Shown in pieces: positions 28,365 to 64,000 of a stretch of 64,000 nucleotides of DNA. The position numbers and the translations under genes are program-made. Under the pieces are notes generated by a model, which was not told where the DNA came from, made no database searches, and saw nothing but the letters and a program-made list of their open reading frames with translations. Positions within the stretch are counted from its first letter, which is position 1; each line of letters begins with the position of its first letter. Source of the DNA: Amoebidium appalachense (Eukaryota; Protista; Ichthyosporea); NCBI GenBank assembly GCA_963693365.1, contig CAVNZM010000007.1, positions 6,321,962 to 6,385,961 of the forward strand, written 5' to 3'.

Positions 28365-29055
28365 ACAACCACCACCACCACCACCCTCCCCTTCCCCTCT
28401 CCTCCTCCACGTCGTACCCTCTTCAACACATTCTACCCCCCTCCCTCTCTCCATTCCCCCCTTCCCTTTCCTCCTCCACTTCTCAGTTTCTCTAACTCAT
28501 TCTAACCCCCACCCCACCGCACTCAACACCCCCTTCCCTTCCCTTCCCTTCCCTTTCCCCCTCACTTTCACACACACAGGACACAGGCCGTCTCCACTTC
28601 CGCATCGGCCACACTGACGGTTTCGGCAAGGAGGCCCTCAAGAAACACAACGCCGAGTTTGGAAACGACGGCCTGTGCCAGTTTGCCTTCCAACTTGCAC
28701 ACCTTCGCCTCTACGGAAAAACCGCCTCCACTTATGAGTCATGCTCTACCGCTGCTTTCAAGCACGGTAGAACGGAAACGATTAGGCCGAACACGGTTGA
28801 GACGCTTGCGGCTGCAAAGACGTTTTTGGATCCAAAGGCGACGAGGGAGGAGAAGTTGGGCAAGTTGAAGGCGGCAAATAAGAAGCACTCGGAGTTGACC
28901 AAGAACGCGGCTACTGGAAAGGTGGGTGGGTGCGGGTGTGTGTGTTGGGGAGGTGGGGGGGAGGGTGTGGGTGGGTGGGTGGGGGGAGGGGGGTTGGGGG
29001 GTTGGGTGAGAGTGTAAGATTTTGGCTTTGAGGGTTTTGAAAGTTTTTTTTTGTT

Positions 29056-29086
<31 letters not shown>

Positions 29087-29436
29087 GAGGGGAGGTAGGG
29101 AGGGGGGGGGGGGGACGAGGAAAGGGGGGCGAGGGTGGAGGGGGGGCAAGGAAGGGGTGACTGAGGTACGGTGTGTGGGTATGTGTGAGTCTGGGTTATG
29201 GTGTTGGTGGGGCTCTTGACTACATAGGCCACGAGGCTTTGGGTGGTGGTAATGCTGTGTGTGTGGATGAAAGGGAAGGGGGGAGGGAGGGGGGGGGGGG
29301 GGGGGTTGGCAAGGTGAAGGGGGCCCGGGGGTTCGTCATGAACGATCCATGGTAAACCTTATTGGTTTCAGTGCGGAGAGAATGCATAGCTTTGCCTACC
29401 AGGCACGCTTCAGCGAGAATGAGCACACAAATGTTG

Positions 29437-29481
<45 letters not shown>

Positions 29482-29618
29482 CCCCCCCCCCCCCCCCCCC
29501 CTCTCCCCTCCCCCCACACACACTCACAGACCCCCCCCCCCCCCCACACACACACACACACATGCCGCCCCCCCCCCCCTCTCCCCTCCCCCCCACACAC
29601 ACTCACAGACTCCCCCCC

Positions 29619-29649
<31 letters not shown>

Positions 29650-29788
29650 ACATGCCGCCCCCCCCCCCCTCTCCCCCTCCCCCCACACACACTCACAGAC
29701 TCCCCCCCCCCCCCCCACACACACACACACACACATGCCGCCCCCCCCCCCTCTCCCCTCCCCCCCACACACACTCACAGACTCCCCC

Positions 29789-29819
<31 letters not shown>

Positions 29820-30104
29820 ACACAAAGCTGACACACAACCTCCCACACAGGGCTTCGACCGCCACCTCTTCATGCTCAAGCTCCTAGCATCCAAATCCGG
29901 CCAGCCCCTCCCGAAATTCTTCACCGAGGGGGGGCTCTATGACCGCATGGGCCACATTATCCTCTCCACATCCACGCTCCAGTCCCCCGCTATTAAATCG
30001 GGCGGATTTGGGCCTGTGACCCATGATGGGTTTGGGCTGGGCTACTCGCTGATGGATGACCATTTGGGTCTGTCGGTCAGCCATTATCACGGCAAGGCAG
30101 ATGT

Positions 30105-30156
<52 letters not shown>

Positions 30157-31343
30157 TTGCCGCCTTCATTCGTTCTCCCTTCCCTTTTCACTCATAAACA
30201 AGCCACGCTCACGCACACACACAGACACCCAGACACACACATACACGATACTTCTATCACACAGGCCATCTGGCGGAAACCCGCTAATTCAAAAATAGGG
30301 GAATTGTTTTTAGGGGACTAGGGCATCCAATCAATCGGTCCCAAATTTTAAAGGGGACTAGGGCATCCAATCGACTCATGACTTCCAAAAATCGGATCGT
30401 CTAAGCCAGCGAATCAATTTCGGTAACGGCCAATCCAAGCCGTTGCGGCAGAAAAAACTGGTGTGCTCAGCGGGTTGTTCCAACTTACATCGGACTTAAT
30501 CGCAGTAATCATAGCGCGAAACCGTGCAATAAAGCAGTATGAGGATAGTATAACACCATATTCAAAAGCAGCAGAGTGGTGCGCTCGTTTCTACTAGAAA
30601 AAAGCGCGCTTTGTTCTTTAGCTATTGGGGCGGTAGATTCACCGCCCGCTACAGAATCTCATAATCAGATCGACGAAAAAGGAAAGAGATCGGAATGCGG
30701 AAATCGGGCCCCTGAGCGTTAGCGCAAGTTGGCGCTATGCATGACATATGCACTTGATACCGTCCTCTACTGTATCACATCCCATCTGCCCTTGCACCTT
30801 CTCTTGTCCCCCCCCCCCCCCCCCTCCCCCCTCATCCCCCCCCCCCCCCCCCCCCCCCCCCCACCCCACACACCCACACACATACATACACACAGACACG
30901 CGTACGCACGCAAACTCAACACACTCACCTGACCTAGACACATCTCTCCTAACGTCTGCGGGTTGTCCCGGAGCCGAGAACAAGACACAAATCACGGAAT
31001 TACAGGGGTTTGAGCGTGAAACAGTCGGAAGGCTGTTAACACTTCTCCTTTTTTTGGTTGGTAGGGAGAGAGCGGGGTGTTGACAGCGTTGTGTTGTGTT
31101 GGATACCAATCAAGGTCGTGGGTTTATTTTTAGGGTTGGGTGTGTGTGTGTGGGGGGGCGCTAAGTGTACGTGTGTGGTGGTTGGGAGAGAGGGGGGGGG
31201 GGGGGGGGGTGCTAATCAAAGCTGTACACACACACCTCGTGATACCGGCAAGCACGCATTGACTCTGTTATGGTCTACAGGAGCTCTTTGATGGGATCAG
31301 TGAGAGCTGGGCCGACATTGCAAATGTGCTGGAGAACAAGTAG
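22684..31343 (+). CDS. CPT2: Carnitine O-palmitoyltransferase 2, mitochondrial. Exons 22684-22895, 23042-23297, 24198-24352, 25189-25476, 26901-27167, 27765-27906, 28580-28921, 29851-30102, 31281-31343
   Basis: Presequence-like N-terminus. Motifs FQASMPRLPVP, FPLDMSQYGRLFQSTRIP, NRWYDKSF, catalytic NFEHAWGDG, TYESCSTAAFKHGRTETIRP, GFDRHL, ILSTS, GGFGPVTHDGFGLGY. All splice phases are consistent. Confidence 0.95.
29449..29824. repeat. Compound minisatellite, about 4 units of ~85-90 bp, in CPT2 intron 7
   Basis: Repeated (CA)n-TGCC(G)C-Cn-TCTCCCCTCCCCC-ACACACACTCACAGAC-Cn. Confidence 0.85.
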
Positions 31344-32222
31344 GCCAGTGGCTGCATGCCGCCTGACACTAGATAACGTATGTAGGTTTAGGGCAAGGTG
31401 CGTAGCGCAAAAACTCACCACCTTCCGTTCACGATATATTGATAAGTTTTCGTTTCTGTCTTGTTTGCTCTGGCTTTGGTGTATGATCATATACAATAGA
31501 GTCTTGTTTCGCCCATCATTGTCCCCAGAAAGCGTGTAAGAAGTTGTCGAGGACAGAACACTCGAATTTATGTAACAGTTAACCAACCAATCGCACAACC
31601 GTTTGGACACACACACATACAAGACAACAGAAATTGATGCAGGATGCAGACACGGATAGTAAACAGCGCACCACTGGCTGCAAATCATTTGATTTGCAGC
31701 CAATAAGCAGGCAGGAAATGATCTGCGTGCAGAATATATCATGGTATATATGACATAAGTGCAGTATGTATGTCCAGGCGGAGCATGCTAGAATGGGTCT
31801 GACTATGGTGGGGCCTGGTGCCCGCAAGATTAAAAAAAAAAAAGAATATGGTTGATGATTTCTCATTGGTGTGGGCCCCACAACATAAAATATGTCAAAG
31901 GGGCAAAAATATAATGTAAAAAATAAAAGAAATTTTTAAGAACGGAACTGAGCCTGTTTTAAGGACCAGAAATGTCTCCTATCATCTATGAAATTATAAG
32001 AATTAGGTAGGTTTTAGCTTTTTAGGTACAAAATGTTGTAAAGAAAAAGAACGTGGTGTTTTCTATCGACATAGACACGAGGCTGTGCGTGTAATAATGA
32101 GGTGTTTGTACCAAAGTCAACAGCACTTCAATCGATTGAACATGGTATAGGGCCTGCTCCAGGGACCGGGGGAGAGGGGAGAGTCGAGGCAAAGATGGAA
32201 GGCTGACGGAGGGAGGAAGTGT

Positions 32223-32260
<38 letters not shown>

Positions 32261-32314
32261 AGGGTGTGTGTGTGTGGGTGTGTGTGTCTGGGTTTTTTTT
32301 GTTTTTTTTTTTTT

Positions 32315-32367
<53 letters not shown>

Positions 32368-32570
32368 TGGATAGATGGACGGACGGACTGGGTTGCACTG
32401 CATTTGAACGTGCAGGCCATCATTGTATAATGGGGAAATGCAAATGGCGCTTATTTTGGGAAGCATGTGGTATAGGGGTAGAGGTGGCAATATGTTGCTG
32501 TGTCTGTGTGCAGGTGGTGTGTTGTGTGTGTGTCTGTGTGTGTGTGTGTGTGTGCGTGTGTCTGTGTGTG

Positions 32571-32651
<81 letters not shown>

Positions 32652-32721
32652 CGTGTATGCATGCGTGCGCATGTGTGTGTGTGTTTGGGTGTGTGTGTGG
32701 GTGTGCACACGTGTGTTTCTG

Positions 32722-32777
<56 letters not shown>

Positions 32778-33299
32778 GGGGAGAGGGGGGAAGGGGGGGG
32801 GGGGGAAGGGGGGGAGGGTTCGGGAGGCACATGGCTGAAATCTAGGCTGTTGAGGGAAGTGTTGGAAGAGTGGATGGAGAAATGTATGTGAGATCTCCTA
32901 TCTCTTATTTACTTACCCAACACAGGGGGGGATAGGGGGAGGAGGGGGGGAGGGGGATGGGGAGGTTGAGGCTAAGACAGGCACGGAGGGGTGGTGAGTT
33001 TAAAAAAAGATTTAAAACATGTTTGAAACGTTGTAATATCACATGCAGGGGGTAGGAATGAAAAAAGTAACCAAGCCCTTACTGCAGGCTTAGAGGGGGA
33101 AGAGGGGGACGAAAAGCTGCTATGATAAATATCTGGAATCTAGAGGTGAGTGTGAAGGAGAGAAGACAAGCAAAGTAGAGGAAGAGGGGAGGGGAGCGAG
33201 GGGGGAGGCGGGTTATGGCACAAGTTCGACCTAGCACCAAAGCAAAGCAGTAAACACGATCAAGAGGAAGCCCGGGGGGCAGGGGGGCAGGCGGGCGGG

Positions 33300-33338
<39 letters not shown>

Positions 33339-34113
33339 GGGGGGGAGGAACGGGCCCAGGGGAAGGGAGGAAAGGAGGAAGGGTGGTAGGGTATTGATGA
33401 AAGAGAAGAAGGGGGAGGTGGGCAAAGAAGAGACGAAGGGGAGGAGGGTAGACGAAGGGGGGGGGGGGGGGGGGGGTGGACGGTTTAGGAGAGGGAGGAA
33501 CAGACGGGAGAAGCAGGGGGGGGGGGGGGGGGAGGGGGAGGGGGGCCCAGGGAGGGGGGAGGGGGGGGGGAGAGAGAGGGGGGGGAGGGAGGGAGGGACG
33601 CAGAGGAGGGAGGAGAGGACGACGAGAGGAAGGCAGGGGGGGAGCAAAGGAAACTCAGGGGCCGGGAAGAAAACGAGGGGAGCAGGGGGGGATGGTTGGG
33701 GTGTGTCCGTGGGGGGAGAGGGGGTTGGAGGTTTGGGGTGTTTGTGGGGGGGTGGGGGGGGGAGAAGGGGGGGGATGGGGGGGGGGGGGAGGAGGAGGTT
33801 TCGGTGTGTGGCAAAGAACACCATACGGAAGAGGGTAGGGGCAGAGGAGAGATCCTTACTCAAAATTTCGAGGCTGGGGGAAAAGGCTGTAAGAGACACT
33901 AAATCCCTTTATTATCATTGACGACGAAATCTTATTAGAATACGGGACCGACTGACAGGCAGGCCACGGACATGGTTAACTTATCGAGGCCAAAAAGCAA
34001 CCATAGGCTAGAGAAACCTTTAAAGCGGATGCTAGAAGTAAGGTGCTACTCCTTGACTCGGGTGTACATGTTCTTACTTTGACAACTGCGCACCTCTCCC
34101 CACTATGCAGCTC

Positions 34114-34539
34114 TTAAAGCGCAGCCGTGAAAGCCATCTCCACCAGCATCCTCGGGTCAGTCAGCTTGGCGTTCACACAGGCCCTCGCTGGGGCATGTCC
34201 CTCTGGCACCCAACTGTCCCACACTGCGTTCATCGCTTCCAAATTCGCGAAATCCGTAAGATAAATTGTGGTCATGAGCACTTTTGTCCTGTCTGTTCCC
34301 GCCTGCTTGAGAAGATTATCCACGCTCGCAAGGAGGTTTTGTGTCTGTGCGGTGATGTCCCCGTCCATGTTTGAAGGCACTTCGACAATGTAGACTGTGT
34401 TGTTGTGGATGACGATGTCTGACCACCGCTTGGTGGTGCCGATTCTCGTGACGGTAGACATGGTTTTGCGTAAAAGGGGGCTTAATAGTTGCTGGCGGGT
34501 GCTTGTGATGATGGTGTGAGCTAGAGATGTTCGAAGCAT
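34114..34539 (-). CDS. Intronless RidA/YjgF/YER057c/UK114 family protein of the Rid2/YoaB type. Core starts at Met 34461; in-frame upstream Met at 34539
   Basis: MSTVTRIGTTKRWSDIVIHNNTVY...DITAQTQNLLASVD..LKQAGTDR...MNAVWDSWVPEGHAPARACV.AKL.DP..LVE resembles the bacterial YoaB pattern. The catalytic Arg in PARA is retained. Confidence 0.92.
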   Translation of the reverse strand: MLRTSLAHTIITSTRQQLLSPLLRKTMSTVTRIGTTKRWSDIVIHNNTVYIVEVPSNMDGDITAQTQNLLASVDNLLKQAGTDRTKVLMTTIYLTDFANLEAMNAVWDSWVPEGHAPARACVNAKLTDPRMLVEMAFTAAL

Positions 34540-34557
34540 GGGGAGGAAATGGATGTA

Positions 34558-34627
34558 CACACGTGTGCTTACACGTGCGTGTTCAGACGTTTTGTGGTTT
34601 TGTGGCCGGCCCGCCGGCCTGACGTCA
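34558..34627 (-). promoter_or_regulatory. Putative proximal promoter of the Rid gene
   Basis: Two CACGTG E-boxes and a TGACGTCA palindrome (34620-34627) within 90 bp of the ATG. Short motifs, so chance is possible. Confidence 0.3.
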
Positions 34628-35032
34628 AAATTTGTGTTTACATTTTTCCAAAAAAGGATATGTGGCTAAGGTGAAATTTCGAATCCTGCAGCTGATGCAT
34701 TGATGCAGGGTACGATTGAAGAAATTTGATCTCCCCCCCCCCCTCCCCCTCCCCCCCCGGTCCCCTCCCCCTCTCAAACCCCCTCCCCCCCCCCTTCCTC
34801 CCACTCCCTCCCTCTATTCCCTTTCATCGAATATTCCCATTCATCTTTTTCCTCTCTGTAACTCGTCACAGTGAAACGCCCGGGGTTTCGGGTGCGTGAC
34901 GATTCTATTTCAATGAATACTCAAGGCCTTACCGTGTCTGTTAAGGCATGTTTTTAATGCCTGGTCACCTTTTTACCCCTCTCCCCCCCCCTCCCCTCTC
35001 CCCCCCTCCCTCGCCCTCCCCCTCCCCTCCCC

Positions 35033-35111
<79 letters not shown>

Positions 35112-35406
35112 CCTCGAACACACCATCCAGTTACCCTATATATCCCTCACCTTACACACACACACAAAAAAAAACACGTGAATACATTGCATGTGCGCAC
35201 ATACTTGTACACCACACACGTGTGCACCTGGCCCCTGCCTAAATACTGCACCCAGGTCATAAACGTTTCTGTGAGATTTGTAGTGATAAACACAACCAAT
35301 TCTAAATATTTTAAAAAACGTAGGCACCGGTTCCATTATTGGTGAGTGGAAGTTTGCAGAAAGAAGCACTGGTAGGAGGCAGTATAAAGTTTAATGATGT
35401 GTGTGT

Positions 35407-35463
<57 letters not shown>

Positions 35464-35531
35464 GGGGGGGGGGGGGGGGGGGGGGGGAGGTCCCGTGTGA
35501 CCTCCAACCACAATCTTTCTCCCTTCAAGTT

Positions 35532-35586
<55 letters not shown>

Positions 35587-35705
35587 GATTGTTTACGGGC
35601 TCCAAAATCACCTGCAAAGTAAGAACAAAACGGAGAAGAAAAAAAATAATCACGTGCACTCTGAATGCCGAAAGGATGTAGCACACATAAGGACAGGGTC
35701 GCACA

Positions 35706-35747
<42 letters not shown>

Positions 35748-35834
35748 CGCCGCCGAGGGTATGATAATACACCAATAAATTGTGTGTTTTGATCTCTTAT
35801 GTGTCACCCATGCAGCTAGACAACTTCTCGCCTT

Positions 35835-35869
<35 letters not shown>

Positions 35870-36354
35870 TCGCTGAAATTTTTGGCTGCATCATCTGGTG
35901 AATACCTGCAAGTACGCACAGAGTTACTGGAGCAGGCGGCCAGTAATATTTCAGCAAAAAGCTCGTTAGCCAATAAGCACCCCTTCTAAAAAAAATGAAA
36001 AGTACATATACAGGCATATTTACATATAGTTAACGTTTACATATGTACCCCGGAACTGCACTAGGCAGTACATGTAAACAGTGACAACTATATCAGTGGG
36101 AGACTATGTATGTATCAGCGTTCTGGGAAATACACCATGTTTAAATTACGCTATAAATTGAATTAATTATGAATTTATAGTACAACCCCACCCACGGGCG
36201 TAGTAACACAAAAGGGGTTGCATAAGACCCAACCGACATAATGCAACACATAAACAAATTTATCACCCGGCCCTTGTATATCCCCACCTCAAAATATTCC
36301 GCTCTCTCATGTGCATTAGAAGTTTTATCTTCACTTTAAACTATACTTAAAATT

Positions 36355-42957
<6,603 letters not shown>

Positions 42958-44356
42958 GGTGATGGGTGGTGCGGCCGGGGTTTCGTTGTTGAAAAGCAAC
43001 TTAAATATTTTTAAAAAGTGTACGTACGAACACACAAGGAACGTTCGTTGTGTACAGATTTATATCACGGTTGCAGGTTGGTTTTTATTCCTGGCGGGTT
43101 GCAATTGTGCTGCAACTTGAGCAAGATCCACAATTGCTCTGCAGGTGGATCGAAATATCGGCAGGAGCTCATGCAAATGCCCATGCCCTGGCAGTGGTGC
43201 GGCCGCGAAGCTTAAGGTTGCACGAGAGAACATCTTTTTTTAACCCGGCGCATACCGCCACAAAAAAGGCACTAGCAGCCTGTCTGTATACTCACTGCAG
43301 CTGCAATGTTTTGAAAGGTTGCCGTACGCAATAAACGTACACACAAACACACATGTATATCATGTGACGTATATATGCCGTAATATAGTACGTATTGACA
43401 CCGGTACCTGATGGCCAGCTCGCGCTGCAGGAACACCAGTTCACATAATGCACATATGGCCGTGGTACGTACTGTACCACCTGAAACAGGGACGAGAGAC
43501 CGTCTAAAGCCCGGCCTAGTACTGCGGGTACACCGGGCCGGGGAATGGGATGTGGTCCTTGTGGGTACTACTGAGGTTTGACTTGGCCGTTGGCACCAAG
43601 CTGCAGCCGGCACGACCCAAGCTGGCAGGGCAGCCGGCGCGATCTACCCGCTTTGATGAACTACCAACCACATCAATTTTAACAATCTATTGGCGAACAC
43701 TCCACCAATGGATAAGTTAAACCAAATTCAGATCTCAGATGGATCCAGCCACTCAGCTGCATGCAGGCGCGCAGCATGGTGATAAATACTTTTGCCGTTT
43801 TCAAGTATCACTGAACGTCTTTTCAAGCACCGAATTCTCTGCTTGACTGTATACATACACACACCCACAAATATATATATTTTTTCTAAAGAATTTGTGA
43901 TAGCCGCCGCGTGTTACGACTATGCTCCTCATGGCTTGCAATTGGCAGATCTATCTATATATAACGGCTAAAGCGCGCTCTTACCATATTTGGTTGGTGG
44001 TTGTCGCAAACAAAAAAGCCTGCTATGTGCACGTGCACAACGGCTCAGATCATGAGAGGCTGAGTGTTCGAAGGGCTGTATGCCGCACTAACATCTTACA
44101 AAATCATCTTCATCATCTTCACATCGCATATATACACATGTTATACGGAGCAGCTAGACCAGCCCCCTCCTCAGCCGTATCTACGTACACGCAGTGACTC
44201 AATTTCATAGTATTTTCCCTGAATCCTTGCGACAACTCTTGCCCCCGACCCCACCCCAACTCGCGCATGTTCCATACACCTGCATACACTAAATAGTACC
44301 TTACTCTCATACACACAACTCTCTCACACTCACCAACATACATTTTTTTTTGTGAG
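42958..44356. promoter_or_regulatory. Divergent intergenic region between the subtilase and TARBP1
   Basis: Head-to-head start codons 1.4 kb apart. The region lacks the long G/C homopolymers seen elsewhere. Confidence 0.4.
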
Positions 44357-63668
<19,312 letters not shown>

Positions 63669-63738
63669 GTAACCACATCCACACTGGGGTTTTTTTTATT
63701 TTCTTTTTTCTTCTTCCCCTTTTTTCTTTCTTTTTTTG

Positions 63739-63777
<39 letters not shown>

Positions 63778-64000
63778 GGAGGCGGGGCGGGGAGTTTTCA
63801 ATAGCTATTACAACTCCTATCGACCCTAATAGCACTTCAATTTCTTTGCCACTGCACACCCGTGCATACATACACGCTATTCAGACATGCACACACTCGC
63901 ACACAATTTGCAAAACCCCGAAGCACGCTCTGCCTGTTTTGTTTGTGTTTTTGTTGTTAAGGTATTGTTTCTGTCCCAAACCAGTGCTGGGTCTCAAGCT

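Noticed and set aside
36024-36093. Imperfect hairpin downstream of the subtilase
   Set aside because: Short, AT-rich and gapped; not enough to call an ncRNA or a MITE.

Overview
Intron-rich eukaryotic DNA, probably a unicellular opisthokont/holozoan-type protist (inference from an animal-type CPT2, GT-AG introns and CTAAC/CTGAC-like branch points). Non-coding DNA is saturated with poly-G/poly-C tracts and (CA)n/(GT)n microsatellites, so most ORF-track entries are low-complexity noise. Splicing exons by hand with consistent phases gives five genes: a secreted pyroglutamyl-peptidase I-like C15 peptidase (+, 878-5778), carnitine palmitoyltransferase 2 (+, 22684-31343), an intronless bacterial-like Rid2/YoaB deaminase (-, 34114-34539), a secreted proteinase K-type subtilase with a Thr-rich linker and a 6-Cys tail (-, 36355-42957), and the 5' 21 exons of the tRNA Gm18 methyltransferase TARBP1/Trm3 (+, 44357 to beyond the window end). 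Main points of interest: three identical tRNA-Pro(UGG) genes nested in two consecutive introns of the tRNA methyltransferase gene; a ~14 kb degenerate array of about 9 repeat units that starts inside the peptidase gene, carries a duplicate of its last exon and shows filled and empty MITE sites; an intronic MITE carrying E2F/CHR/CCAAT-like motifs; and introns built from complementary G/C tracts, often without a polypyrimidine tract. All assignments are from reading the sequence; no searches were run.
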